DNA of 64,000 nt, from contig OY764903.1 of NCBI GenBank assembly GCA_963668605.1, positions 2,341,246-2,405,245 on the forward strand. Reading direction: 5' to 3'. Source of the DNA: Bryobacteraceae bacterium (GTDB lineage Bacteria; Acidobacteriota; Terriglobia; Bryobacterales; Bryobacteraceae). Every line of letters starts with the position of its first letter. Position 1 is the stretch's first letter. Shown here piece by piece: positions 53,228-63,943 of the stretch. The notes beneath the pieces were generated by a model that worked only from the letters and a program-made list of their open reading frames with translations, searched no databases and had not been told where the DNA came from. The position numbers and the translations under genes were made by a program.

Positions 53228-56200
53228 GATTTCGCTCCTGCGAGGCCGCCGGCCACGGCTGGCTCAGCGGACTTCCACCTTCGCCAGCGCTCGAGAATAC
53301 CGGCCATGTAAATGTAGACGACCGGCGTCAAATACAGAGTGATGAGCTGGGAGAAGAGCAGACCGCCGACAACGGTGAGGCCGAGAGGACGGCGCGCCTC
53401 ACCGCCGGCGCCCCAACCGAGCGAGATTGGCACAGCGCCTAGGAGTGCGGCCATCGTCGTCATCATGATCGGCCGGAAGCGGATCAGGCAACCCTGGAAG
53501 ATGGCTTCCGCCGGGGCCATGTGATCCTTTCTCTCAGCATCCAGAGCGAAATCGATTTGCATGATGGCGTTCTTCTTGACGATGCCGATTAGCATGATAA
53601 GGCCCACGAAGGAATAAATGTTCAGATCCGATTTGAACAGCATGATCGTCAACAGAGCGCCGAAGCCGGCCGAGGGGAGGCCGGAGAGAATCGTGATCGG
53701 GTGGATGTAACTCTCATAGAGAATGCCGAGCACGATGTAAACGACCAGGATAGCGATGAGGAGGAGCAGGCTGAGATTCTTCAGGGAGTCCTGGAAGACC
53801 TTGGCCGTACCGGAGAAAGTTGTTGTGATCGTGGACGGAAGGTTCTGGCTGGCGACCTCCTGAATCGCGTTCACGGCGTCGCCGAGCGCAACTCCCGGCT
53901 TCAGGTTGAAAGAGATGGTGACGGAAGGAAGCTGCCCGGAGTGGCTGATGCTCTGCGGTCCCGCATCCTGGTTGACTGTGGTGACGGCACTGAGCGGCAC
54001 CAGGCTGCCGTCGGCTGATTTCAGGTAGATATTTGAAAGCAGGTCGGCGTGCTCCTGGAACTTATCCTGAACTTCGAGGATCACGCGGAACTGGTTGGAG
54101 GGAGCGTAGATGGTGGAGATCCAACTGGGTCCGTAACCGTTGTAGAGCGACGATTCGATGTCCTGGGCGTTGAGGCCGAGGGTGGCGGCCCGGTCGCGGT
54201 CGATGACGAGGTTGACGCGCGGACTCTTGATCTGCAGATCCGTAGTGACGTCCTGGATCATGGGGAGGCGGGCGATAAGTTTTTCGAGGCGTTGCGACTC
54301 GCGATGCACCTCGGCGGTGTCGGGGCCCTGCACCGTGAAGTCGAAGGAACTCTTGGAAGAATGGCCGCCGACGCGAATGGCAGGCGGGAGACTGGCGAAG
54401 GCGCGGATGCCGGGGAATCCGCCAAGTTTCGGACGGAGCTGTTCCACCACCTGGGCCGCGGTCAGCGAACGCTGGGCGCGCGGCTTGAGCTGAACGTACA
54501 TGCGGCTCGTGTTGGCGGTGGAGCTGTAGCTGCCGCCGCCGACGCTGGACAGGAACCCGTCGACGCTTGGATCCTGGGCGAGCACGTTGTTAACTCGCAT
54601 CTGCAGCTCCCGCATTCTCATGTAGGACGTGCCTTGGGCCACTTCGGTGGTCACGTAGATCTGGTCATTGTCAGTGTCCGGAATGAAACCCTTGGGGACC
54701 TTGATGTAGAGCCAGACCGTTGAACCGAAAACGATGACGAAGACGGCGAGCATCACCGGACGATGGCGGAGCACCCAGTGCAGGCTGAGCTCATAGACCC
54801 GCAAAATGCCCTGGAAGAAGCGCTCGGTGACGCGATAAAAGAGGCTCCTGCGGCCTGTCTCGATCTGGCGCAGGAAACGGCTGGCCAGCATCGGGGTGAG
54901 GGAGATGGAGACCATGCCCGAGATCAGGATGGCGGTGCAGATGGTGATGGCGAATTCGCGGAAGAGCCGGCCGAGAATGCCTCCCATGAAAAGGACCGGG
55001 ATGAACACAGCGGCCAGCGACAGCGTCATGGAAAGAATAGTGAAGCCTATCTCACGCGAGCCTTTGAAGGCCGCCTCCATCGGCGTATCACCCTTCTCCA
55101 TGTGGCGCACGATATTTTCGAGCATCACGATCGCGTCGTCGACGACGAAGCCGACCGAGAGGATCAGAGCCATCAGCGAGAGGTTGTCCAGGCTGTAATC
55201 CATCATGTACATGACGGAGAAGGTTCCGACCACGGAGAAAGGCAGCGCCATGCTGGGAATGAGCGTGGCCGAGACGTTTCGCAGGAAGAGGAAGATTACC
55301 AGGATAACCAGACAAAGAGTTGTCAGCATCGTCTTCTTCGTATCCCGGAACGATTCGCGGATATTCTTGGAACGGTCGCTGCGAATATCGAGATCGACCG
55401 CGGGCGGCAGTTGCGACCGGAAAAAAGGCAGAAGACGCTTGACCTCGTCGCAAACATCGATGACATTGCTGCCGGGCTGGCGCATGACCATCAGGTTGAT
55501 GGCCCGCCGGTAGCCCTGGTCCTTGGTGTAAGTCCAGGAGATGGTGCGTTCGTCCTCGACGCTGTCTTTGACGTCCGCCAGATCGCCCAGGCGAACGGGG
55601 GTTCCATTGCGCCAGGCGACCACCATCGGGCGGTAGTCCTCGGCGTCCATCAACTGCCCGTTGGTTTCCACGTTAAAGGCCTGGCGGGCGCCGTTCAGAG
55701 CGCCCGTGGGCAGGTTGACGTTCCAGTTTTTGACTGCGGCGGCGACTTCGTTGATTCCGATCCCGCGGGCGGCCAGGCGATTGGGATCCAGCTTGATGTG
55801 AACGGCGTACTTCTGAGAGCCCATGACGGACACCTGGGCGACTCCGCTGACCATTGAGATGCGCTGGGCGATGAACTGCTCGGCATACTCGTCCAGTTGC
55901 GGCAACGGCATCGTCTTGGATGTCACGGTGAGGAAGATGATGGGCGAGTCGCCCGGATTCACCTTGCGGAACGAGGGCGGACTGGGCATGCCCGGCGGGA
56001 GCAGGGGCATGGCCGCGGCAATGGCCGTCTGGACGTCCACGGCTGCCCCGTCGAGCTTGCGGCCGAGGTCGAATTGAAGAGTGATCGACGTGCTGCCTAG
56101 CCCGCTCGTGGAGGTCATCGAATCGAGTCCGGCGATGCCGGTGAACTGCCGTTCGAGCGGCGTGGCAACGGCGGAGGCCATGGTAGAGGGGTCGGCGCCG

Positions 56201-56355
56201 GGCAGGCTGGCCGAAACGGTCAGGGTCGGATAGTCTACATTCGGAAGATCGCTGACCGGGAGCGCGCGATAGGCGATGATGCCAAACAGCGCGATCCCCA
56301 GCATAAGCAGGCTGGTCGCGATCGGTCGCCGGATGAAGATGTCCGAGAGATTCAC
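53224..56355 (-). CDS. RND efflux permease (MdtB-like)
   Basis: 1043 aa, a paralog of the downstream permease. Shared runs include NAIMQIDFALDAER and CLIRFRPIMMTTMAALLGAVPI. Confidence 0.95.
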   Translation of the reverse strand: MNLSDIFIRRPIATSLLMLGIALFGIIAYRALPVSDLPNVDYPTLTVSASLPGADPSTMASAVATPLERQFTGIAGLDSMTSTSGLGSTSITLQFDLGRKLDGAAVDVQTAIAAAMPLLPPGMPSPPSFRKVNPGDSPIIFLTVTSKTMPLPQLDEYAEQFIAQRISMVSGVAQVSVMGSQKYAVHIKLDPNRLAARGIGINEVAAAVKNWNVNLPTGALNGARQAFNVETNGQLMDAEDYRPMVVAWRNGTPVRLGDLADVKDSVEDERTISWTYTKDQGYRRAINLMVMRQPGSNVIDVCDEVKRLLPFFRSQLPPAVDLDIRSDRSKNIRESFRDTKKTMLTTLCLVILVIFLFLRNVSATLIPSMALPFSVVGTFSVMYMMDYSLDNLSLMALILSVGFVVDDAIVMLENIVRHMEKGDTPMEAAFKGSREIGFTILSMTLSLAAVFIPVLFMGGILGRLFREFAITICTAILISGMVSISLTPMLASRFLRQIETGRRSLFYRVTERFFQGILRVYELSLHWVLRHRPVMLAVFVIVFGSTVWLYIKVPKGFIPDTDNDQIYVTTEVAQGTSYMRMRELQMRVNNVLAQDPSVDGFLSSVGGGSYSSTANTSRMYVQLKPRAQRSLTAAQVVEQLRPKLGGFPGIRAFASLPPAIRVGGHSSKSSFDFTVQGPDTAEVHRESQRLEKLIARLPMIQDVTTDLQIKSPRVNLVIDRDRAATLGLNAQDIESSLYNGYGPSWISTIYAPSNQFRVILEVQDKFQEHADLLSNIYLKSADGSLVPLSAVTTVNQDAGPQSISHSGQLPSVTISFNLKPGVALGDAVNAIQEVASQNLPSTITTTFSGTAKVFQDSLKNLSLLLLIAILVVYIVLGILYESYIHPITILSGLPSAGFGALLTIMLFKSDLNIYSFVGLIMLIGIVKKNAIMQIDFALDAERKDHMAPAEAIFQGCLIRFRPIMMTTMAALLGAVPISLGWGAGGEARRPLGLTVVGGLLFSQLITLYLTPVVYIYMAGILERWRRWKSAEPAVAGGLAGAKS

Positions 56356-56367
56356 GCTTACGACTCG

Positions 56368-57612
56368 CTACTCGGCTGGTTTGCCTTTGCCTTCGCCTTT
56401 ACCCTGGCCGCCGCGGCCACCGCGGGCCATGATGCGAGCGCCGGGAGAGAGGCGTAATTGCCCTTCGGTGACGACGGTGTCACCGGCAGCCAAACCCTTC
56501 GCAATGACAAGCTCTTCGCCGATCCGGGCGCCGGTTACGACGGGGCGGGACTCGACCGTCTTGTCGGCCTTGACGAGGAACACAAAAGGCCCGTCCTGGC
56601 CCGACTGGACGGCCTGATTCGGGACCACGAGCGCGTCTCGCTCTGTCGTTAGCCTCAGAACAACGCGGACAAACTGGCCGGGCCAGAGAGCGTGGTCGGC
56701 GTTGGGGAACGTACCCTTCATCTTGATGGTGCCCGTGGTTGCATCGACGGCATTGTCGATGAAGGTCAGCACGCCGGTTTCCTTCGCGACGGTGCTGTCC
56801 TGGGGCGCGGCGATCACCGGCAATCTACCCAGCGCCATGTACTTTTTGACGGGCGCCAATTGCGACTCCGGCACCGCGAAAGTGACGTAGATCGGTTCTA
56901 CCTGGTTGATCGTGACCAAGTCCATGCTGTTGGGCGTCACGAGGTTGCCGAGTTTGATCATCAGATTGCCGGTGCGGCCGTTGATCGGCGAGCGGATGTC
57001 GGTGTAGCTCAACTGTACGCGGATGTTTTCGACCGCTGCGCTGGTGGCGTTGATTTCCGCTTTCGCGCTTTCGATAGTGGCGCGGTCTGCGGCGAGCGTG
57101 CCGGCCGTGGCATCGGCGGCCGCCTGCGACGACTCGCCCTGGTCCTTGGACATGATGCCCTGCTTGACGAGGTTTGCGACGCGTTGGGCCTGCGATTCCA
57201 AATAGTGCGCCTGCGCGGTATCCCTCACCAGGTTCGCCTCGGCTTGGCCGAGCATCGCTCGAGCCTTGGCGATATTGGCTTCGGCCTGGCTTAACTGGGC
57301 CTGTAGAGGACGCGGATCGATATTGAAGAGCAGGTCGCCCTTCCTGACGAAATCGCCCTCCTTGAAGTGGACCTTGATGAGTTCGCCGCCGATCTGGGCT
57401 TTGGCGGTGATAGTGGAGAGAGCCTCCACGTTGCCGATGACCGAGATCTCGACGGGTACATCCTTTTGGACGACAGTGGCGAGCGTGACCGGTACGGCCA
57501 TGTCGCCCTTCTTGCCCCCGCCCTTTGTGGAGGTGGCTTCGGCGCCGCGCGAACAACCGAACAGGAAAAGGGAGATAGCCAGCGTCAATGCGGCGGCTAC
57601 TGATTTTCTCAT
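56368..57612 (-). CDS. RND efflux periplasmic adaptor lipoprotein (MdtA-like)
   Basis: Lipobox LFLFGCS, then coiled-coil hairpin and beta-barrel regions. I prefer the start at MRKSVAAAL over the track start at 57636. Confidence 0.85.
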   Translation of the reverse strand: MRKSVAAALTLAISLFLFGCSRGAEATSTKGGGKKGDMAVPVTLATVVQKDVPVEISVIGNVEALSTITAKAQIGGELIKVHFKEGDFVRKGDLLFNIDPRPLQAQLSQAEANIAKARAMLGQAEANLVRDTAQAHYLESQAQRVANLVKQGIMSKDQGESSQAAADATAGTLAADRATIESAKAEINATSAAVENIRVQLSYTDIRSPINGRTGNLMIKLGNLVTPNSMDLVTINQVEPIYVTFAVPESQLAPVKKYMALGRLPVIAAPQDSTVAKETGVLTFIDNAVDATTGTIKMKGTFPNADHALWPGQFVRVVLRLTTERDALVVPNQAVQSGQDGPFVFLVKADKTVESRPVVTGARIGEELVIAKGLAAGDTVVTEGQLRLSPGARIMARGGRGGQGKGEGKGKPAE

Positions 57613-57797
57613 GATGCAGGCACGAATTGAAGACATATTGGCAGCGCGCTTCTTCCCAGCGTGACCGGGCGTGAGTCCCGTTACAAACCTTATTCAGAAT
57701 TGGCGCGGACAAAGCCCTAAAGGTTACTCCCGCGCGAAGTTAACATCTCGCACGAAAGTCGTAATAGACGCAGACACGTCGATCCGCCGGAACCGCA

Positions 57798-57826
57798 AAC
57801 GGTACCGAGCGCAAGCGACCGGAGGC
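57798..57826. repeat. family 2 repeat, single arm
   Basis: AACGGTACCGAGCGCAAGCGACCGGAGGC resembles the right arm at 17419-17449. Confidence 0.4.
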
Positions 57827-57948
57827 GATCCGTTCAGCGTCATCAATGCGAGCCGCCTCTGGACCCTCAACTCCGCTACTGCAAGCGCAGAAGACCCGCT
57901 GACGGCTTGTGCCCGCTGGACCCGTGTTAGCACAAACAACCGCTCCAC

Positions 57949-59400
57949 CTAGCTTTCGTCGCCCGGCGATCCCTTCTTTTGGGTGAGCGGCACGGCATCT
58001 TCTTTCACCCATGCGCGTACTTCCGCCAGCATCCGTTTCAAGCGTTCTTGCTGATCCGGATGCTTGCGAAGATTGACGTTTTCGCGTGGATCCGTTTTGG
58101 TGTCGTAAAGCTCGGGCGGGATGTCCGGACCATTGTCCACCAGCTTGTACCGGCCATCGAACTGCATCATGGTGGGATCGTATCCAGTGGATGTTGCGCG
58201 TCGGCTTGTTCCCTTCTCGTTGGGGAATTCGCTTCGCACTACATCGCGGTGCCGCTGCGTCTTGCCCGTCGCGAGCGAAACCAGCGATCTGCCCTGCACG
58301 GATCGGGGTGTTTCAAAACCGCTGAAATCCATTAAGGTGGGAAAGATATCAACATGGTGGACTAACGCCCGGGTTTCCTTGCCCGCGGGGACGACGCCCG
58401 GTAGGCGCATAATCAGCGGAACCCGGACTGCGGGATCGAAGAACACCATCTTGGTCCAGAGTCGGTGATCGTAAAGCATTTCGCCGTGGTCCGCCGTGAA
58501 CACCACCAGAGTGTTGTCGCGGAGGCCGAGATCATCCACAGCCTTCAGCACCTCGCCAAGCAACTGGTCCGAATAAGCGATGCTGCCGTAATAACCCTGC
58601 ATGCCGTCAAGGATCTGCTCGTTGGTCAGGTGATCCATGCCGCGCCGCTCGATGGCCGCCCAGTAGCGCGGATTCGCGTCGGCCAGGTTGTCCTTCGGGT
58701 TATCGGGTATTACCAGCTTGGAGCGGTCAATCATGTCCCAGCAGCGCTTAGGGGGCTGAAATGGCGGGTGCGGCTTCTTGAACGAACACTGAATCAGCCA
58801 CGGCCGGCTGCGATTCTCTTTCATGAAAGCGATCGTGTTCTGTTTGGCCGCCCACTCCAGGGTCTCAGTCTCGGGAAACGGATCGGGGGCGCCGATAGGC
58901 TGCTTGCCGTCGGTGCCCAGACCTGTGGCCAGCACAACGCCTCCCGGTGGGACTGGGCCTTTGTGCTCGCTCCCGTGTTCGATGACGACGTCCCAATCCA
59001 AATCCGCACGGCCAGGCGTGTGGAGTTTTCCGAAGCATGCCGTTTTGTATCCATTGGAGCGCAGCACTTGGGCGAACGACACCTGGGAGCGGTTGGCGGA
59101 ATAGGAATTGGTGACCACGCCCGTGGAGTGGCTGAAGCGCCCCGTCAGAATTGAATTGCGCGCTGCCACACAGATCGGCGTCGAGCAATAGGTCTGGCGG
59201 AAACTCGTCCCGGATGCCGCCAGGCCGTCTAGCGACGGAGTGAGCGCATTCCGGTCGCCATAGCGGTGCAAGGCATCCGGCCTGTACTGGTCGCACATCA
59301 CAAACAGGATGTTCAGAGGACGTTTTCTTGGCTGAGCGAAGATGGCCGCCGGCAGCGAGGCGCCCAGGAATGCGCGCCTGGAGGGTCTGTTGGTATTCAT
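57949..59400 (-). CDS. Tat-exported sulfatase (formylglycine-type)
   Basis: SRRAFLGASLPAA Tat signal and the active-site region CVAARNSILTGR, which has Ala where the canonical CxPxR has Pro. I chose the start at MNTNRPS. Confidence 0.85.
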   Translation of the reverse strand: MNTNRPSRRAFLGASLPAAIFAQPRKRPLNILFVMCDQYRPDALHRYGDRNALTPSLDGLAASGTSFRQTYCSTPICVAARNSILTGRFSHSTGVVTNSYSANRSQVSFAQVLRSNGYKTACFGKLHTPGRADLDWDVVIEHGSEHKGPVPPGGVVLATGLGTDGKQPIGAPDPFPETETLEWAAKQNTIAFMKENRSRPWLIQCSFKKPHPPFQPPKRCWDMIDRSKLVIPDNPKDNLADANPRYWAAIERRGMDHLTNEQILDGMQGYYGSIAYSDQLLGEVLKAVDDLGLRDNTLVVFTADHGEMLYDHRLWTKMVFFDPAVRVPLIMRLPGVVPAGKETRALVHHVDIFPTLMDFSGFETPRSVQGRSLVSLATGKTQRHRDVVRSEFPNEKGTSRRATSTGYDPTMMQFDGRYKLVDNGPDIPPELYDTKTDPRENVNLRKHPDQQERLKRMLAEVRAWVKEDAVPLTQKKGSPGDES

Positions 59401-59620
59401 CTGAGTGTAAAAGCGTAATCTAGCACGGTTGGGCGCCCCACGCGTCCTTGACAATGCATCGTATCAATCCACGCTTTCGCGCGACGGCGAACTATTCGCT
59501 GCGCGATGTGCCGATGGGCACGGACGTTCCTTGTATCGACGGCGAGGCACGCTTCAACGTGCCAGTCCCCTTCTCATCCGGGTGCTCATCGGACTAATTT
59601 CGTGACATGTGCCGAGCGAC

Positions 59621-59713
59621 AGCGACCGGAGGCGGGAATACTGCTATGCTCCGAAGCTTCCGATAGAGCACTCCACAAATGCCGACGAAGTGTTAACCTC
59701 CGGTCGCCGGCGC
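59621..59713. repeat. two family 2 repeat cores in inverted orientation
   Basis: AGCGACCGGAGGC (59621-59633) and ACCTCCGGTCGCCGGCGC (59696-59713). Confidence 0.45.
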
Positions 59714-59821
59714 CGCTATATAGCGTGGCGCGAGGAGGTCAAACCTGTCTTGGGCAAGAGTGATCTTGCATACTCGGGAGAATAGTGTGGAACGAAGGCG
59801 GGATGCAATGACACAGAACAG

Positions 59822-59852
59822 CGCCGGGCTCAGTTCAACACTGAGCCCGGCG
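59822..59852 (-). terminator. 12-bp hairpin downstream of the cyclophilin gene
   Basis: CGCCGGGCTCAG-7 nt-CTGAGCCCGGCG, 34 nt after the stop. On the minus strand it is followed by CTGTTCTGTG. Confidence 0.6.
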
Positions 59853-59885
59853 TGAAACAACGTGGCTTCGAAACGCGGAACGAGC

Positions 59886-60623
59886 TTACAGAATCGTCGC
59901 CTTCGTGATGAAGTCGAGCTTAGGGAAATTCTCTTTGAGATACGGCGTGCCACGCTTTTCAATCATGCTCTGATCTGGCTTCTCGCCATGGCCCGAATAG
60001 ATACTCTCCACCACTTTCATGCCGTCGACCACTTCGGCGAATGGCGCAAAGCCCTGATCATCCAGAAACTGATTGCTGCGCATGTTGATGAAGAGTTGCG
60101 TGGTGCGCGTGTTCGGCCCGGCCGTCGCGAAAACCAGATAGCCCAGCTTGTTCGTGCGCTTCACCGCATCGTCCTTGATCTTCTTATCCCACTTCTTCGT
60201 CATCTTCGGATCGGCAGCCAGCCCGAACTGAATCACAAAATTCGGCACTACACGGAAGAAGCCGCTGTTGTCGTAGTATCCGTCCTTCACCAGTTGCTCG
60301 AAGCGTTCGGCCCCAATCGGAGCCCAGTCCCGATGAACCTCTACGATGAAAACGCCCTTGGTGGTCGTAAACTTCACTTTGTACGTGTTCGCGTCGGCGG
60401 GCTTGGCGGCTGGTTCCTGCTTTTTCGCCTCCGCCTTCGGTGCTTCTTTCTTTTCCTCGGTGGCAATGGGAGCCGGCGTGGCAGCCGGCGGCGGCGCGGC
60501 CTCCTTGGCCGCCTCCTTGGGAGTCTCTGTCTTCGAGGAGCAACCAGTGGCAAGCAAGCACAACAACGCGCCTGTGGCGCTCAGTGCGAGTAGCGATGCA
60601 AATCGCGAGTGGGTCAGCTTCAT
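59886..60623 (-). CDS. cyclophilin-type peptidyl-prolyl isomerase lipoprotein
   Basis: Lipobox LLATGCSS, a Pro/Ala/Lys-rich linker, and a cyclophilin core ([13 protein letters not shown]). The 482-aa track ORF is an artefactual extension. Confidence 0.9.
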   Translation of the reverse strand: MKLTHSRFASLLALSATGALLCLLATGCSSKTETPKEAAKEAAPPPAATPAPIATEEKKEAPKAEAKKQEPAAKPADANTYKVKFTTTKGVFIVEVHRDWAPIGAERFEQLVKDGYYDNSGFFRVVPNFVIQFGLAADPKMTKKWDKKIKDDAVKRTNKLGYLVFATAGPNTRTTQLFINMRSNQFLDDQGFAPFAEVVDGMKVVESIYSGHGEKPDQSMIEKRGTPYLKENFPKLDFITKATIL

Positions 60624-60683
60624 ACTGCAATCAATTCTAGCGCTGAATTCGGTATCATCGGGAGAAGTCTTGCCGCTCCAGCC

Positions 60684-61790
60684 ATGATTGTCGATACCCA
60701 GATCATCCGCTTCGATCAGTTGCCGCTCGATTGCGGCGAAGTCCTCGCGCCCGTCGATGCCGCCTACGAATCTTACGGCCGCTTGAACGCCGCCAAAACC
60801 AACGCCATCCTGATCCTGCACGCCTTCTCGGGCGACGCGCACGCCGCGGGCGTGGACCACGAAGGCAAGCCCGGCTGGTGGGATAACATGATCGGTCCGG
60901 GCAAAGCTTTCGACACTGACAAATATTTTGTCTTTTGCTGCAACGTGCTCGGCGGCTGCCGCGGCACGACAGGACCGGCTTCGCTCAATCCGGCCACAAA
61001 CGCGCCTTACGCCATGACGTTTCCGGGCATAACGATTCGCGATATGGTGCGCTTGCAGAAGTTGGTGGTGGACCATCTCGGCATTCGCAAGTTGCTCTCC
61101 GTCTCCGGCGGGTCCATGGGCGGAATGCAGGCCCTCGAATGGGCCGTCTCGTATCCCGATTGCGTGGCCAGCGCGATCCCCATCGCCACCACCGCCCGGC
61201 ACAGCGCTCAACAGATCGCCTTCAACGAAGTCGGACGCCAGGCGATCATGTCCGACCCCGACTGGAACGAAGGCAACTACTACGGCGCGAAGCTCCCGGC
61301 GCGCGGTCTCGCCGTCGCGCGAATGGTAGGCCACATCACCTACATGAGCGACGATTCGATGCGCGAAAAATTCGGGCGCCGGCTGCGCGGCAAGGATCAG
61401 TTCGGCTTCGACTTCTCCGTCGATTTTGAGGTCGAGAGCTATCTGCGCTATCGCGGCAGCCAGTTTGTCGACCGCTTCGATGCCAACTCGTATCTGTACA
61501 TCACAAAAGCGATGGATTACTACGACGTCTCCAGCGGCTACGGTTCACTCACGGCCGCACTCGAACGCACCACAGGCCGCTTCCTCGTGATTAGCTTCAC
61601 ATCGGACTGGCTCTATCCAAGCTACCAGTCGCTCGAAGTCGTCAGTGCGCTGCGCGGCTGGAACCGCGATGTCGCCTATTGCGAACTGCCCTCCAACTAC
61701 GGCCACGACGCATTCCTCGTAGATGTCGGCGAGCAATCGGCGATGGTGCGCGGCTTCCTCGCCAGCACGTTTGAGAAGGTGCCGCAATGA
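60684..61790 (+). CDS. metX: homoserine O-acetyltransferase
   Basis: [17 protein letters not shown] and the [12 protein letters not shown] nucleophile elbow. I chose the start at MIVDTQ. Confidence 0.9.
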   Translation: MIVDTQIIRFDQLPLDCGEVLAPVDAAYESYGRLNAAKTNAILILHAFSGDAHAAGVDHEGKPGWWDNMIGPGKAFDTDKYFVFCCNVLGGCRGTTGPASLNPATNAPYAMTFPGITIRDMVRLQKLVVDHLGIRKLLSVSGGSMGGMQALEWAVSYPDCVASAIPIATTARHSAQQIAFNEVGRQAIMSDPDWNEGNYYGAKLPARGLAVARMVGHITYMSDDSMREKFGRRLRGKDQFGFDFSVDFEVESYLRYRGSQFVDRFDANSYLYITKAMDYYDVSSGYGSLTAALERTTGRFLVISFTSDWLYPSYQSLEVVSALRGWNRDVAYCELPSNYGHDAFLVDVGEQSAMVRGFLASTFEKVPQ

Positions 61791-62407
61791 CGGCCGCGAG
61801 GCGGCCCGCTTTCGTGCATGAAGTGCTGGGACGCAGCGATTATGCAATCATCAGCGAGCTCGTGGAACACGGCTCCAAAGTCCTCGACCTCGGCTGTGGA
61901 GAAGGCGAACTGCTCCAGTGGCTCGCCGAAAATCAGGGCGTTGAAGCCCGAGGCATCGAGATCACCGGAGCAAAAGTGCAGAAGGCGATCGCCCGCGGCG
62001 TTTCCGTCTACCAGGGCGACATCGACGCGGGCCTACTCGATTATCCCGATCACACCTTCGACTACGTGATCCTCAGCCAGACGCTCCAGGAAACACATTA
62101 CCCATTGCGCGTGCTGAGCGACATGCTGCGCGTGGGCCGCTACGCGATTGTGGCATTCCCCAACTTCGGCCATTGGACCGTGCGTTGGGCGCATCTTTGG
62201 ACGGGAGGCGCGCCGAAGACACGGCTGTTCCCACACGACTGGTTCGACTCGCCCAACATCCATTTCTTCACGGTGCACGATTTCGAGGCACTCGTCGCAC
62301 AGCAGGGATGGACCATCGAGCACAGCATCTTCCTTGCCGGCCGGCGCCAGTTATCGTGGATGCCGAATCTGCTCGCAGAGACCGCGGTCTTTTTGATCCG
62401 TAAGTGA
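61787..62407 (+). CDS. metW: methionine biosynthesis protein MetW
   Basis: ATGA overlap with metX and the [13 protein letters not shown] methyltransferase-fold motif. Confidence 0.9.
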   Translation: MTAARRPAFVHEVLGRSDYAIISELVEHGSKVLDLGCGEGELLQWLAENQGVEARGIEITGAKVQKAIARGVSVYQGDIDAGLLDYPDHTFDYVILSQTLQETHYPLRVLSDMLRVGRYAIVAFPNFGHWTVRWAHLWTGGAPKTRLFPHDWFDSPNIHFFTVHDFEALVAQQGWTIEHSIFLAGRRQLSWMPNLLAETAVFLIRK

Positions 62408-62416
62408 CGACTTGCG

Positions 62417-63943
62417 CTATCCGCGCCCGATCGCACGCAAAATGTGCTCCGCCGCGCGTACGCCGCGATATTGCGCTTCTTCAAAAATCGAGAAGCCGCT
62501 CAGATCGGAATTGGCGTATACCAACCGCCCGGAGAGCCGTGCCAGCCGCGCGCGCTGTTCGGAAAAGACAAACCCAACCGAGGGCCGCGCCATGGCGTGG
62601 CCCAGGCGCATTATGTCGATCCGTGAAACGCACGACCGGATGCCGGGATGCGCGCGAGTAAGATCGCGCAGAATCTGCTCTTTCCAATAGTTCCAGTCGT
62701 TTTCCAACAGCAGGCGGCGATTGCTCACCGGTGTGCCGCGCGCGAATGCGTGATAGTAAGTCCACACCGAGCGTTCGGTGAATCGGCGCAGCGATTGATG
62801 GGTGGCCACTACGTAGCCCAACGCGGGTGAATCGTAAATCACGTTGTCCCAGGCGGGCTCGATGCCCCGCTCCTCGGGCAGGCGCTCGAGCGTCAGGTTC
62901 GCCGTCAACCAGGGTGAGTATTCAAAGCCGCTCACCTGCGGCGCGGGCTCGACGATGTACGGCGCAAGAAACGTGGGCGCGGCAAAAATCACCGCCTCCG
63001 CGATGTATTCCACTGCTTCCGTAGTCACTCGGAATCGCGCGCCGTCCGGGCGTATGCGATAGGCAACCGAGTTCGTGCGCACATAGCGCCCCAGCTTCGC
63101 CATCCAGCGCTGGATGATCCAGCCGTTGCCTTCGGGCCAGACGAGTGGCCCTCGCTCTTCAGGCTCGCGCGAAGCGAAATAGTGAATGCCGGCCCACGCG
63201 GAGGCGTCGGAAGCGGAAGCTCCGTAATCGTCGCGGCAAGCGTAGTCTACATACCAGTTGAGATACGCGGAATCAAAGCCCTGCTCGCGCATCCATGCGC
63301 GCATCGGTATGCGGTCGAGCGGAGAAGGCTTCGCGCCGCTCTCCATCGGAATCGTGAATTGGCCTGTGGCGCGCAGCGTGTTGATCTTTTCCGCGAAGCG
63401 CTTGTACTGCTCATGATCGCTATGTGTCGCGGCGACTTCGGGCTCGAGCCCCTCCTGCCAGCGCCCGTGTATGTAAAGCCGTTCCTGCGGAGCGTGGCAG
63501 AGATATTGCTCGTCCCAGTGTCCATCGCGATGCACGCCGAACTCTTCGAGCAACTCGCGCACCAGCGGAGCGCTGCTCTTTCCCGGCACGGGAATGTAGT
63601 GCGCCGCCCATGGGTACGCCGAAACTTCGTTCTTACCGCTGCGCGAGTTGCCGCCGGTTTCGGGCGCCATCTCGAGCAAAACGAAATCACGGAAACCGCG
63701 CTTGTCGAGCCGCCAGGCCGCGCTCAACCCGGCCACGCCGCCGCCCACAATCACCATCGGAATCTTTTCGCTGCGCTGCGGCTTCTTGAAACACGCCCCG
63801 CGATGGCGCAGTTCGTGACCAAGGCGCTGATCCTCGTGCACGAAGCCCCCGGCGATGGCCGTATCGCTTTTCGACGTCAACCCAGTCAGAGCCGCGGAAA
63901 GAAACTGGCGGCGCGACCCGCTCAATGCGCGATCTCCCGCCAC
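62417..63943 (-). CDS. Tat-exported FAD-dependent oxidoreductase (amine oxidase/desaturase-like)
   Basis: GSRRQFLSAALTG Tat signal and the VIVGGGVAGLSAAWRL dinucleotide-binding motif. The start may instead be TTG 63925. Confidence 0.8.
   Translation of the reverse strand: MAGDRALSGSRRQFLSAALTGLTSKSDTAIAGGFVHEDQRLGHELRHRGACFKKPQRSEKIPMVIVGGGVAGLSAAWRLDKRGFRDFVLLEMAPETGGNSRSGKNEVSAYPWAAHYIPVPGKSSAPLVRELLEEFGVHRDGHWDEQYLCHAPQERLYIHGRWQEGLEPEVAATHSDHEQYKRFAEKINTLRATGQFTIPMESGAKPSPLDRIPMRAWMREQGFDSAYLNWYVDYACRDDYGASASDASAWAGIHYFASREPEERGPLVWPEGNGWIIQRWMAKLGRYVRTNSVAYRIRPDGARFRVTTEAVEYIAEAVIFAAPTFLAPYIVEPAPQVSGFEYSPWLTANLTLERLPEERGIEPAWDNVIYDSPALGYVVATHQSLRRFTERSVWTYYHAFARGTPVSNRRLLLENDWNYWKEQILRDLTRAHPGIRSCVSRIDIMRLGHAMARPSVGFVFSEQRARLARLSGRLVYANSDLSGFSIFEEAQYRGVRAAEHILRAIGRG

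Noticed and set aside
59886-61334. A 482-aa minus ORF as one gene. The same issue applies to the long N-terminal extensions in the track at 3328, 7816, 11395, 24457, 32158, 34292, 36820, 41967 and 59454.
   Set aside because: The extensions overlap neighbouring genes or repeats and precede obvious signal peptides or conserved N-termini. I chose internal starts instead.
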